NCBI GenBank assembly: GCA_963717145.1
Contig: OY970325.1
Span: forward strand, 2,720,001 to 2,784,000
Origin: an uncultured Armatimonadetes bacterium
GTDB lineage: Bacteria > Armatimonadota > UBA5829 > DTJY01
Direction: 5' to 3'
Length of the DNA: 64,000 nucleotides
In this document: positions 1-9,665 of the stretch, in pieces
Layout: each line of letters begins with the position of its first letter
Numbering within the stretch: position 1 is the stretch's first letter
Notes under the pieces: model-generated
What the model was told of the DNA's origin: nothing
What the model saw: the letters and a program-made list of their open reading frames with translations, nothing else
Database searches by the model: none
Program-made: the position numbers and the translations under genes

Positions 1-558
1 CTGGTAGAACGCGAAATTGTTCAGCGCCGAACCCGAGATATTCTGGATCCGATACGTCTGTACCATGACATACTGCGAACTGAACAACGGCCCCTCGGAG
101 CCTAAGCCGCCAGGTCTCAGACCGATGGCCATGCCACCCGGAACGAGCCGCATCTCGACAATCAAGTCGATCAGGAGTTCCTCGTTGACAATACGGCCGC
201 TGCCACTATTGTTTCCCGGTACGGGATTCGCGGGATCATGGAAGGTGGTCAAAGGACCTACGACTTCGAACGTGGAGTTTGTATCGACACCCGCACCCAG
301 GAGTTTCGGCGGAAGAAACATGGACTCTCCGCCGTCTGTCGGGATGCCGTCGAATCTCACCGCCGCCGCCCAATCGCCAGTAAGGACCTCGTGGGCCGGG
401 ATCGCGGGGAATGTTACCAACACTCGGTTGGAGTAGCCGAAACCATCAAGCAGGATCTGCCAGTCGGGAGACTGCAAATCCTGCGCATGCGCCTGCATCC
501 CTGCCGCGAACAGAACGATGCACACCAAAACGAACCAATGTCTGCTAATCAGATGCAT
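1..558 (-). CDS. Secreted protein of unknown function, N-terminal part only (runs off window start)
   Basis: Not in ORF track. I translated it manually: MHLISRHWFVLVCIVLFAAGMQAHAQDLQSPDWQ...NNFAFYQ, open to base 1. GGAGGAGAGG SD upstream; signal peptide with AHA|Q cleavage site. Confidence 0.8.
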   Translation of the reverse strand, partial: MHLISRHWFVLVCIVLFAAGMQAHAQDLQSPDWQILLDGFGYSNRVLVTFPAIPAHEVLTGDWAAAVRFDGIPTDGGESMFLPPKLLGAGVDTNSTFEVVGPLTTFHDPANPVPGNNSGSGRIVNEELLIDLIVEMRLVPGGMAIGLRPGGLGSEGPLFSSQYVMVQTYRIQNISGSALNNFAFYQ

Positions 559-1026
559 TTTCCGAACCTCTCCTCCATAGAATTGCTTCCGGCAGGGACT
601 CGAGGTTGCCATACACACTGTTTATTCCCAACTAGCTTGCTCTTCAACCGTGTGATCGAAAAAAACTTTGCAGGAGAAATCAACCAAGCGCCGAATATGG
701 GCACTACGGTACCACAAGCGCTAACTCTGCGAGCGGTTTACCTTAAAGCGTTGTTCTGCAGATGCTCTCTGCAATCTAGGTTTAGGACAAAGAACAATGT
801 GGGTATCGCCAACCATGCTATTGATCGAATGGGTAGTGACACCGATGGTTAGCCGCACTGAGCACTGATCTCGTTGTCTACTCATCTGTTTGGCAACTGT
901 CGAGTTTGGGTAAAGTACTGTAATGTAACTCAACCGCTAAACTGGCGTATGAACGCTTGTATACAGGCGGATGCGGCGCACTCATGATAATGACCTGCAT
1001 CGAAAGCAGGCGGGAGGGACCTCAAG

Positions 1027-1878
1027 TTGAGCACCTTCAGATTAGGGGCACTTTGGATCGCAGTGGCGTGTCTGGCGCTGTCGTGCGCAGGCATGTCAAT
1101 GGCGGATGAACTGGTACGCGGACTAGTCGTCGATAACGGCAGCAAGGCAATCTGGCTGGGGCTGCCTGTTCCTGTGGAAAAGGGGACGGTCTTTAACGTT
1201 TATCTGACGCCTGGAGGCGAGCCACTCGCCCGCGTGACCGTGCTGGAGATCACGCCCGACCCGCCGTTCGTGGCGAAGGCGAGCGTGAAACTCCTGCGGA
1301 AGGATGCTTTCATCCCCGTCGGAGCGTATGTCGAAGTCACGGGGAACGCTATCCCGGCAACCGATAAGCCGGGAGGATACGATGCGGTAGACCTTCACGA
1401 TGAAACCGCTCGGCGGCTGATCTTCCGGGCGGGTGTCCTGTTCCTGACCGGCGGTGACGTGAAGGACGAGACCTCATCGACATGGCCGGCCGTTCAGATC
1501 ACATATCCGATCTGCAGCAAGCCGAATCACGATCTGCAGATCGGCCTGGGATACTGCGGCGGACGCGGAAGTTTTTCGGAGGGCGGACTGGATGGAACTC
1601 GCGATATCCAGGTAGTCCCGCTCACCCTTGATATGAGAATACCGATGTCGTACACGCAGACCGGCAACTGGTTCGCCAGAGCCGGTATCGGCGCGTACCT
1701 CATCCGCGACCGGAGGACGCTCGGAGCGGCCAGTACGTCGGAAGACGTGGTGGCGTTCGGGTGGCAAGCCGGCTTCGGATACATCTCCGCGCGAGGAAAA
1801 TCCGCGGAGATACATTACACGGATGTCTCCAGGACTGATTTCCAAGGATTGGTGTTCAGCCTGGGGACACGGTTCTAA
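1027..1878 (+). CDS. Exported protein with N-terminal small beta domain and C-terminal outer-membrane beta-barrel-like domain
   Basis: Signal peptide; amphipathic strands (VVPLTLDMR, WFARAGIGAY, FGWQAGFGY); terminal GLVFSLGTRF with C-terminal Phe; GGGAGG SD before TTG start. Confidence 0.7.
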   Translation: MSTFRLGALWIAVACLALSCAGMSMADELVRGLVVDNGSKAIWLGLPVPVEKGTVFNVYLTPGGEPLARVTVLEITPDPPFVAKASVKLLRKDAFIPVGAYVEVTGNAIPATDKPGGYDAVDLHDETARRLIFRAGVLFLTGGDVKDETSSTWPAVQITYPICSKPNHDLQIGLGYCGGRGSFSEGGLDGTRDIQVVPLTLDMRIPMSYTQTGNWFARAGIGAYLIRDRRTLGAASTSEDVVAFGWQAGFGYISARGKSAEIHYTDVSRTDFQGLVFSLGTRF

Positions 1879-1880
1879 CG

Positions 1881-1943
1881 AACCGTAGGGGAGGCCTTCA
1901 ACGGCCTCCCGAGGGCGGGCGTAGAAGCACCGCCCCTACGGTT
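1881..1943. repeat. REPIN-like element (two inverted GTAG-type REP palindromes)
   Basis: AACCGTAGGGG...CCCCTACGGTT 11-bp terminal inverted repeat with internal hairpins GGGAGGCC/GGCCTCCC and GGGCGG/CCGCCC. Confidence 0.7.
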
Positions 1944-1977
1944 GGATGACAATGAAGGGACAAAGGAGGTGTCACAA

Positions 1978-2145
1978 ATGGTGCAGAGAATCAAAGAGCT
2001 GTTCGTGGACGAGGAGGGGGCTGCCCTGGTTGAGTACGCCCTGCTTCTGGGCCTGATCGCGGTCGTCGCGATCGTAGCGCTTGGGCCGCTCGGCGTGAAG
2101 GTCAAGGACATGTTCGCCAGCGCGGACTCAAAGCTGGTTCCGTAA
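1978..2145 (+). CDS. flp: Flp family type IVc/IVb pilin (locus 1)
   Basis: DEEG|AALVEYALL Flp motif (G-1, E+5, Y+6), 55 aa, AAGGAGGT SD. Confidence 0.95.
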   Translation: MVQRIKELFVDEEGAALVEYALLLGLIAVVAIVALGPLGVKVKDMFASADSKLVP

Positions 2146-2237
2146 CATCAGGGATGGAGGCCTCATGCCTCTGCGGCTTGACATGTTCCTGTGCTCGGCA
2201 CGATCCGCTCGTCATCTCTGAGAGGGAAGAGAGCAGC

Positions 2238-2759
2238 ATGGTTGTTCGGCTGGCGGTGCCTGCTGTGTTGATCGCTCTGATCATAGTAGCGGTCTACACC
2301 GACGTCAGGTACGGTAAGATATACAACAAGCTTACCCTGACCTGCATAGTGTTGGGGATTATTCTGTCCCTGCTGTCAGCCGGATTGCGCGGGGCTGGTG
2401 AGAGCCTTGCGGGAGTCGTATTGGTCTTGCTGCTCTACCTGCTGTTCGCTCCCCTGACGGGGATCGGCGGCGGCGACGTGAAGCTCATGATGGCGGTCGG
2501 AGCACTGACCGGCATCAGGATGACAATCTGGTCACTGCTCTTTTCGGCGGTGGTCGGTGGCGTCCTGGCCGTGATCGTCATGATCCGGCACAGAGTCTTG
2601 GCTGACACGCTTAAGGGCATGTCCACCAGCCTGATCCTGAGACTGTTCTATCAGGCTCCGGTAGAAATGACAGGTGGGTCCCGAGGGTTGAAGCTCCGGT
2701 ACAGTCCGGCGATTGCCCTCGGGACCCTGCTGGCATACTTTCTGAAACGGCAGACTTGA
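2238..2759 (+). CDS. cpaA: Prepilin peptidase, A24 family (TadV/CpaA)
   Basis: AVYTDVR and GGGDVKLM catalytic Asp motifs; polytopic membrane protein; directly after flp. Confidence 0.93.
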   Translation: MVVRLAVPAVLIALIIVAVYTDVRYGKIYNKLTLTCIVLGIILSLLSAGLRGAGESLAGVVLVLLLYLLFAPLTGIGGGDVKLMMAVGALTGIRMTIWSLLFSAVVGGVLAVIVMIRHRVLADTLKGMSTSLILRLFYQAPVEMTGGSRGLKLRYSPAIALGTLLAYFLKRQT

Positions 2760-2827
2760 GACCGTGGACTGCAGATTGCACTTCGTAGCGAAGGCCGCGG
2801 ACTGCAGTCTGAAATGGGGTCATACAT

Positions 2828-3271
2828 ATGAATACGTGGCGGATGAACAATCGGGGCGTCGCGCTGTTGGAGTTTGTGCTCATAGCCTTACTTCTCATGA
2901 CGCTTGCCATAGGAATCATAGATTTTGGAATACTTGCCAAGGACAAGATGACGCTGGGCAGCGCCGCACGAGACGGCGCGAGAGAAGCCGCCCTGGGTGG
3001 CAATCTCACGTCGGTCACCAATGCGGTTAACGCCGCTGCGCCGAAACCCAATACCACGGACGGCGAAAAGCTCGCGGTTTCGCTGTGGTATCGCAACGCT
3101 ACCCTTGGTGAAGGATGGACTGCTTACAAGGAACCGACGGATATCCCGACGGGAATTACGAACGTGCAGGTCAAGGTCGGAGTAACCTATGCATGCAATC
3201 GCATAGCAGGAACGTTCCTTGGCACCAACCCTATCTCCCTCAGCACGGAAGAGGTTATGCGCCGGGAATAG
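2828..3271 (+). CDS. tadE: TadE-like minor pilin
   Basis: RG|VALLEF, AARDGAREAA, C-terminal MRRE. Confidence 0.9.
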   Translation: MNTWRMNNRGVALLEFVLIALLLMTLAIGIIDFGILAKDKMTLGSAARDGAREAALGGNLTSVTNAVNAAAPKPNTTDGEKLAVSLWYRNATLGEGWTAYKEPTDIPTGITNVQVKVGVTYACNRIAGTFLGTNPISLSTEEVMRRE

Positions 3272-3323
3272 CGCATTCGCGGTGCTGGGGCTTTGATCAT
3301 AGACGCGCACGGAGGTGATTGAA

Positions 3324-4415
3324 GTGCGTAATCATAGAGTGAAAGACCGTGGCTCAGTGCTGATACTCACCGCCGTACTGCTTGTGGTGGTGATCGGCGT
3401 AGCTGCACTGGCGGTGGACTTGGGTTGGCTTCGCCTCGGCGATGCAAGGGCGCAGGACGTCTGCGATGCAGTAGCCCTTGGCACAGCCTGGCTGCTGGAG
3501 CCCACGGAACCGGCAGCGGCCACGGCGCGCATGGCCGAAGCTGCTGATGCCTTGGCCGTCGCCAACAACGAGTCCGACAGGCGCAAGCTTCTGAAGCCGG
3601 GCGTGAATCCGGATACGGAAGGTGTGACCGTCACCAGCGTGCTGGGCAAGTCCGTGACCCTTGAGGCCGAGGTAAAAGTCACATACGGATTTGCCAGGAT
3701 CTTCGGACCCGAGGACAAGTTCAAAGAAGGCCGAGTCAAGGCGTCCTCAACCGCGATACTGGAGAGTAACAAGGGATTTCGATACCGGTTCGTTCCGCTG
3801 GCGATAACAAAGATGCAGTCTCGCAACTACGTGAAGGACCCGGTCACGCAGAACCAGAGACTGAACACACGGTTGTGGGATTCAGTAACAGGTGCGCCTA
3901 TCCCGGCATCCGACAACCCGTATAACCTGTATCCGGTTGAACTTCCCGGTCAGTCGGCTTATGAGGACATGCTCACGGGCGACATTGCTCCGTTCACCTT
4001 GAAGGTCGGCGACCGCGTGACCGAAATACCGACGGACAGGAGCGATGAGACGGTCGACAGTCTCTTGAGCCGCATCTCCGATGACCAGTCGCAATGGACG
4101 ACATGGAAAGCCGCCAACGACGAAGTGAAGTCGGAATCCGGTCGCATCTTGATAATGCCTGTAATATATGATACCCGCGGCTCAAGGGCCTGGGAGATCA
4201 TTGGCTTTGCCGGCTTCTTCGTAGAGAGCGTAAGCCTCTACACAGAGTTGTCAAAGCACTGCGCGGACCTGCGCGGCCATTTCGTCCCGGCAGTCGTCGG
4301 CGGCGCGCAGTCAATACACTGGCTGCTGCCGTACGAAGGGACGAATCCGCTGGCAAGCCCGTTCTGGTCGGACAACGGAAACCTGATGTACCGTGTCCGC
4401 TTGGTACGATCATAG
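3324..4415 (+). CDS. tadG: TadG-like pilus assembly protein without vWA domain
   Basis: RG|SVLIL...ALAVDLG...AQDVCDAVALG Tad N-terminus; GTG start chosen 7 nt after GGAGGT (ORF track starts at 3315). Confidence 0.85.
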   Translation: MRNHRVKDRGSVLILTAVLLVVVIGVAALAVDLGWLRLGDARAQDVCDAVALGTAWLLEPTEPAAATARMAEAADALAVANNESDRRKLLKPGVNPDTEGVTVTSVLGKSVTLEAEVKVTYGFARIFGPEDKFKEGRVKASSTAILESNKGFRYRFVPLAITKMQSRNYVKDPVTQNQRLNTRLWDSVTGAPIPASDNPYNLYPVELPGQSAYEDMLTGDIAPFTLKVGDRVTEIPTDRSDETVDSLLSRISDDQSQWTTWKAANDEVKSESGRILIMPVIYDTRGSRAWEIIGFAGFFVESVSLYTELSKHCADLRGHFVPAVVGGAQSIHWLLPYEGTNPLASPFWSDNGNLMYRVRLVRS

Positions 4416-4431
4416 TAGGAGAGAGAACAAC

Positions 4432-5337
4432 ATGAACACCAAACCTAGAGAGAGGATCCTGATTCTCGCCATTCTGCTGGGAGTGGCCGCCGCCGTAATG
4501 ATCTGGGCTGTGATGTCCTCGGGGAAGCAGAGCCCGGCTGACACGCAGACCCCCGTCGTGGTCGCCGCGGGCAACATCCCCAGCGGGATGATTGTCACCG
4601 GAATGGATCTAGGCATCCGCAACTTCAATAAAGAGGAAGTACCACCTGGCGCGGCGTCGAGTGAGGCGCTGGTCATCGGCAAGGTCACCAAGACCGACAT
4701 ACGCGCCGGACAGCCGGTACTCGTCGGCAGCCTGAGAACATCGGGTGAACAACTGACCGACTTGGTTCCCCGGTTCATGCGCGCCGTCACCGTGGGACTC
4801 GACCCGGTGAGCGGAGTCGCCGGCTTCCTCAAGCCCGGAAACCGTGTGGACGTGGTTGCGACGTTTGATATGAACAACACGTCGTACGCAAAGACCGTGC
4901 TGCAGAATGTCCTTCTGATTGCCATCAACTCCGAGGCCATCGCGGGGGGCGACAACGTGGCTACGGACAAGACCACAGCCAGAGCAGAGCCCACGGCGAC
5001 ACTCGCCGTCAGCCCGAGCGACGCCGAGAAGCTGGTTCTCGCCGACGCGAAGGGTAAACTCAGACTCACTCTGAGGTCCTCCGATGATAAGTCGATCGCC
5101 GCGAGGAGGCCGATCGGCACGCAGGTGGCACTGGGGGTTGCTCAGCAGAACCCGGCGACGGCGAAACCCGCCCCTGCCCCACTCCAGACGTTCAGGGCGC
5201 CGGTGATGGACCCGCTGCCCGTGTTTCCATCGCAGTTCAGTTCCAATTCCACAGGGGACACCAGCCGCGGTAACCCTGGGAAAACCATCGTGATGGTGAA
5301 GGGTTCGACTCTCTCGGAGACCCAGGTTTCCGAGTAG
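4432..5337 (+). CDS. cpaB: Flp pilus assembly protein CpaB/RcpC
   Basis: TM anchor, SAF-like VVVAAGNIPSG, MRAVTV...VAGFLKPGNRVDV, LRLTLRS. Confidence 0.93.
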   Translation: MNTKPRERILILAILLGVAAAVMIWAVMSSGKQSPADTQTPVVVAAGNIPSGMIVTGMDLGIRNFNKEEVPPGAASSEALVIGKVTKTDIRAGQPVLVGSLRTSGEQLTDLVPRFMRAVTVGLDPVSGVAGFLKPGNRVDVVATFDMNNTSYAKTVLQNVLLIAINSEAIAGGDNVATDKTTARAEPTATLAVSPSDAEKLVLADAKGKLRLTLRSSDDKSIAARRPIGTQVALGVAQQNPATAKPAPAPLQTFRAPVMDPLPVFPSQFSSNSTGDTSRGNPGKTIVMVKGSTLSETQVSE

Positions 5338-5421
5338 TCGCCGCACGACACGATGAACCTTAGCAAAGGAGGCCGGGGGTCCAGGGTGCGTTCTTCCCTG
5401 CAGTTGTCAGACCCGTACAAC

Positions 5422-7092
5422 ATGAAAACTAGATACGCCACCTTCATCATCGTCTTACTGACGCTGTTCGTGACGATTCTGCCGCTTTTCGCCGCAGTTG
5501 ATCCATCTATCCCGGAGATAGTGCTTCAGATAGGTGACAGCGAGATCATCGAATGCCAGGACGCCACGCGCACGGCGATCGGGGATCCGCTCGTCGCCGA
5601 TGTCGTCGCGCTCTCCACCAGCGAGATCCTTCTCAACGCCAAGTCGCCGGGCAAGACGGTCCTCTACATCTGGGACAAGGCCGGACGACGGCTCTATAGA
5701 GTCACGGTCAAACCGAGAGAACTCGACCTGGTCGGGATCTGCAACCGAATTACCGATGAGCTGAACGACCCGCGGATCACCGTGCGGGGAGTCGGAAGCA
5801 CGATCCTCCTCGAAGGCATTGTGTCTCGGGAAGCCGAATCGAGCAGAGCCCAGGCCATTGCCCAGGCGGTGGTCGAGACGATGGTCTTCCAGGGCACGAC
5901 CGCCGGCTCCACAACTCAGGAGAATAAGACCGTCGGACGGCCTGAGGGCGATTCGTTTGTCCTGGAGAAGGTCGTGACCGACAAGGGAACAACTTTGACC
6001 GCCGAGACGGGCCTGCGAATCCCGAGAGTCGTGAACCTTATCCAGGTCGAGAAGACCATCGACGAGGTGACCGTCCTCACGATGGCGACCGCGGCGTCTC
6101 TTCGCCAGGCTCTCAACGATCCTGCTCTGACTGTTCGCGCTCTCCCCGGAAGCGTGGTGCTCATCGAGGGCAATGTCGGCACGCCGGCAGAGATCGCGCG
6201 GATCGATCTCCTGGGCAAGGGCTACGACAAGGAACTGGGAGATACCGGCAAGGGCATGAACGACATGAGCAATGCGACCAAGGAAACCGTGACCATCGTC
6301 AACATGGTGAAGCTGAACAGCTCGGTCGCCAGGCAGATCATGGTGCGCGCCCAGGTCGTCGATATCAACAAGGACGCCGCGAAGGACTTCGGCATTGACT
6401 GGGGACGCGTGCAGTTCGAGACGAGCGACATACCCGGCGTTGCCGCATCGGCGACCGTCCAGGACCAACCTTGGTTGATCGGGCAGTCGAACTTCGGGCC
6501 TATGGACCTGTTCGGCGGCGGCGCGATCAGGCGTTTCGACCCGATCGGCGCCCGGATCAGGGCTTTGCAGACACAGAACAAGGCCAAGGTGCTCTCTGAG
6601 CCGAACCTCCTCGTGCTCGATGGGCGGGAGGCCAGCATGCTGGTCGGCGGAGAGATCCCGATCCCGATCGCCCAATCCGGAACGACCGGCGCGGCAGCCG
6701 CGATAACTGTCGAATACAAAGAATTCGGCGTGCGACTGAAGATCCTGCCGGAGATAACGAGCGACAACACCCTTCAGATCAAGGTGATGCCCGAGGTAAG
6801 CTCGCTCGACTTCGCCAACGCGGTCACGGTCAACGGATTCCAGATACCGGCGCTCCGAACGCGAAGGGCCGAAACAACCGTTAACATCAAGGACGGACAA
6901 TCGCTGATTATCGGCGGGCTTCTGTCGAATGACACCGCCAAGCTGGTCAAGAAGATCCCGCTACTGGGCGACCTCCCGATCATCGGCGAACTCTTCACAT
7001 CGCGCTCGTTCCTGAACAGCGAGTCGGAGCTTGTCATCATCATAACCCCACAAATCTTGCGACCAACGGCTCAGGCCGAAGCGGAGGGGTAA
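5422..7092 (+). CDS. cpaC: Tad secretin CpaC/RcpA with two BON-like segments
   Basis: Signal peptide; AIGDPLVADV N-domain; LSEPNL, GGEIPIP, YKEFGVRL, KIPLLGDLPIIGELF, ELVIIITP secretin motifs. Start uncertain (5353-5422). Confidence 0.93.
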   Translation: MKTRYATFIIVLLTLFVTILPLFAAVDPSIPEIVLQIGDSEIIECQDATRTAIGDPLVADVVALSTSEILLNAKSPGKTVLYIWDKAGRRLYRVTVKPRELDLVGICNRITDELNDPRITVRGVGSTILLEGIVSREAESSRAQAIAQAVVETMVFQGTTAGSTTQENKTVGRPEGDSFVLEKVVTDKGTTLTAETGLRIPRVVNLIQVEKTIDEVTVLTMATAASLRQALNDPALTVRALPGSVVLIEGNVGTPAEIARIDLLGKGYDKELGDTGKGMNDMSNATKETVTIVNMVKLNSSVARQIMVRAQVVDINKDAAKDFGIDWGRVQFETSDIPGVAASATVQDQPWLIGQSNFGPMDLFGGGAIRRFDPIGARIRALQTQNKAKVLSEPNLLVLDGREASMLVGGEIPIPIAQSGTTGAAAAITVEYKEFGVRLKILPEITSDNTLQIKVMPEVSSLDFANAVTVNGFQIPALRTRRAETTVNIKDGQSLIIGGLLSNDTAKLVKKIPLLGDLPIIGELFTSRSFLNSESELVIIITPQILRPTAQAEAEG

Positions 7093-7097
7093 ATGAT

Positions 7098-8312
7098 ATG
7101 TCTTTAAGAGTAATGATAGTGGAATACGACTCGGCGCTTCGAGACGAGCTTGCTCAGATCGTTGCGTCCGACGCCGACTTCGAGATTGTAGGACTCGCAA
7201 AGGACGGCCAGGAAGCGGTTCAGTTGGCAGTGATGCGGCTGCCGCATGTGGCGATCATCTCAAACGACGTCAGGGGGATACCCCCGCTGCAGACGTGCGA
7301 GATGCTCAATGCAGTGGCCCCTGCCGTCATGCCGGTCCTGCTCACGGATACGAGGTCGGCGGAGAACGTGGAGGCCGCGATGCGTTCCGGCGCGCGCGCC
7401 GTCATCTCGACTCCGGTCAACCCCCAGGAACTGCTCCCTCTGATCGCGGCGCTCGCGGAGATCAGCAAGCGTCGGGACTCGGAGGAGGTCCGCACTTTCC
7501 GTGATCCGGCGACGTTCCCGCGGGTCATCGCAGTCACCGGGGCAAAGGGCGGAGTCGGCAAGAGTACGATCGCCGTGAACCTGGCGGTTATACTCGCGCG
7601 GTATGCACCGGCCAAGGTAGCCCTCGTCGACTGCTACACCCAGTTCGGCGACGTTGCCACGATGTTCAACATTCGTCCGAACCGGACCCTGTCCGAGTTG
7701 GACGCAGTATCCAAGGACCTGGACGTCACCATGATCCAGGACTACATCACCCGGCATCCATGCGGCGTCGACATTCTCGTGTCATCGTTGGAGCCCCTAC
7801 CCCTGGACGCCATGTCGGCGGAGTGCATCGAGAACCTGCTGTACGTGCTCAAGCGCATGTACCGCTACATTGTGGTCGATGTGCCGCCGATCCTTCACGG
7901 ACCGACGCTGCGCCTGCTATCTCATGCAGACACGATACTTCTGATCGCCAACCTGTTCGACCTGACGACGGCGACGGACACCAAGCGCTTCTTCACGGCC
8001 GTCAATGACACGAGAATACCGAGGGAGAACATAGGCGTCGTATTGAACCGGGTCTCCAAGTCGAACGAGATACATACCAAGGACATGGAGAGCCTGTTCG
8101 AGTGTGGCATCCTCGCGAGCATACCGAATGACAGCAAGCTCGTATCGGCGGTCAACCAGGGAGTGCCGATCACCGTTTCGGACGGCGATTCTCCCTTTGG
8201 ACGCAGTATGGGTGAGCTTGCCTCGAAGGTATCGGGAATAGCCGGAATCTCAACAGACCGCAAGATGGCTTCTGTTGGCAGGAAAAAGGGTCGAATGTTG
8301 TTCGGAGGGTAA
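7098..8312 (+). CDS. cpaE: CpaE/TadZ (receiver-like domain plus MinD/ParA ATPase)
   Basis: Receiver fold N-terminus; GAKGGVGKST deviant Walker A; QFGD; VLNR. Confidence 0.9.
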   Translation: MSLRVMIVEYDSALRDELAQIVASDADFEIVGLAKDGQEAVQLAVMRLPHVAIISNDVRGIPPLQTCEMLNAVAPAVMPVLLTDTRSAENVEAAMRSGARAVISTPVNPQELLPLIAALAEISKRRDSEEVRTFRDPATFPRVIAVTGAKGGVGKSTIAVNLAVILARYAPAKVALVDCYTQFGDVATMFNIRPNRTLSELDAVSKDLDVTMIQDYITRHPCGVDILVSSLEPLPLDAMSAECIENLLYVLKRMYRYIVVDVPPILHGPTLRLLSHADTILLIANLFDLTTATDTKRFFTAVNDTRIPRENIGVVLNRVSKSNEIHTKDMESLFECGILASIPNDSKLVSAVNQGVPITVSDGDSPFGRSMGELASKVSGIAGISTDRKMASVGRKKGRMLFGG

Positions 8313-8318
8313 GCTGCC

Positions 8319-9665
8319 ATGGGACTTCTCGATGTACGGAAAGCCGAAGTAGATACGGATATCGATCAGGGAGAGGGTCGAGGCCGGCTGGGCGTTCGCA
8401 ACCTGATGCTTCTCAAGGCACAGGTCCATCAGAGGTTGATGGAAGATATCGACCCCGCCGAACTCAGCAAGATCAATCGGCACGCGATGGCCCATGAGGT
8501 GCACCGCGTGATGTCCGCGACCGTGACGGAGAGCGGGATCTCCTTGCCTCTCAAGGTTCGCGAGCAGGTCGTCAGCGATGTCATCGACGAGATCCTCGGA
8601 TACGGGCCGATCCAGCCACTCCTCGAAGACCCAAGCGTCACCGAGATCATGGTCAACGGTCCAAGCCAGGTCTATGCCGAGCGAAACGGCAAGATATTCC
8701 TGACCGACCGAGTGTTCCGCGATGAATCCCACGTGATGCGCATCATCGAGAAGATCGTGATGCCGCTGGGCCGCCGGATAGATGAAAGCTCCCCCATGGT
8801 AGACGCACGACTGCCGGATGGGTCACGCGTGAATGCGATCATCTCCCCACTGGCGGTCAAAGGCCCGACACTTACTGTTCGGAAGTTCGCCCGCGAGCCG
8901 TACTTGATGGAGGACCTCGTCAGTTTCGGAACACTGACCCAGCAGATGGCCGACTTCCTCAGCGCCTGCGTGTCGGCGAGGCTCAACATAGTCGTGTCCG
9001 GTGGGACGGGTAGCGGGAAGACCACCACCCTGAACGTCCTGTCGTCTTTCGTACCAAACGATGAGCGCGTAATCACCATCGAAGATGCCGCCGAACTGCG
9101 GCTCCAACAGGAACACGTCGTCAGCCTGGAAAGCAGACCGGCCAACATCGAGGGAAAGGGCGAGGTTCCGATTCGGATGCTCGTGAGAAACGCGCTTCGA
9201 ATGCGCCCGGATCGGATCATCGTCGGTGAGGTGCGCGGCGGAGAGACTCTGGACATGCTTCAGGCGATGAACACGGGTCACGATGGCTCGCTCAGCACGG
9301 CGCATACAAACAGTCCCCGCGACACACTATCCAGGCTCGAGACGATGGCGCTGATGGCAGGGACGGAACTCCCATCGAGAGCAATCCGCGAGCAGATAGC
9401 GTCGGCCATCGACCTGATAATACATCAGAACCGCCTCCGGGACGGCAGCCGCAAGATCACCCATATCACCGAAGTCCAGGGTATGGAAGGCGAAGTCATC
9501 GTTCTGCAGGACGTCTATCTGTTCGAACAGACAAATGTGGACGTGCAGGGCAAGGTCATCGGCGAGCACAAGCCGACAGGCTTGCGACCGAAGTTCATGG
9601 ACCGGCTACTGCAGCAGGGCGTGGAGCTTCCATCGAACATATTCTACACGAGGTCCACCCTATGA
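8319..9665 (+). CDS. cpaF: Tad secretion ATPase CpaF/TadA
   Basis: GGTGSGKTT, IEDAAEL, RMRPDRIIVGEVRG, AMNTGHDG. Confidence 0.97.
   Translation: MGLLDVRKAEVDTDIDQGEGRGRLGVRNLMLLKAQVHQRLMEDIDPAELSKINRHAMAHEVHRVMSATVTESGISLPLKVREQVVSDVIDEILGYGPIQPLLEDPSVTEIMVNGPSQVYAERNGKIFLTDRVFRDESHVMRIIEKIVMPLGRRIDESSPMVDARLPDGSRVNAIISPLAVKGPTLTVRKFAREPYLMEDLVSFGTLTQQMADFLSACVSARLNIVVSGGTGSGKTTTLNVLSSFVPNDERVITIEDAAELRLQQEHVVSLESRPANIEGKGEVPIRMLVRNALRMRPDRIIVGEVRGGETLDMLQAMNTGHDGSLSTAHTNSPRDTLSRLETMALMAGTELPSRAIREQIASAIDLIIHQNRLRDGSRKITHITEVQGMEGEVIVLQDVYLFEQTNVDVQGKVIGEHKPTGLRPKFMDRLLQQGVELPSNIFYTRSTL

Noticed and set aside
17..852. Plus-strand ORFs 17-436 and 238-852
   Set aside because: The real gene appears to be on the minus strand (SD plus signal peptide, 558 to 1).
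5455..6900. 481-aa minus-strand ORF, and similar long ORFs at 48066-49628, 55129-57300 and 60627-62090
   Set aside because: They fully overlap well-supported genes and have Arg/His-rich shadow composition.
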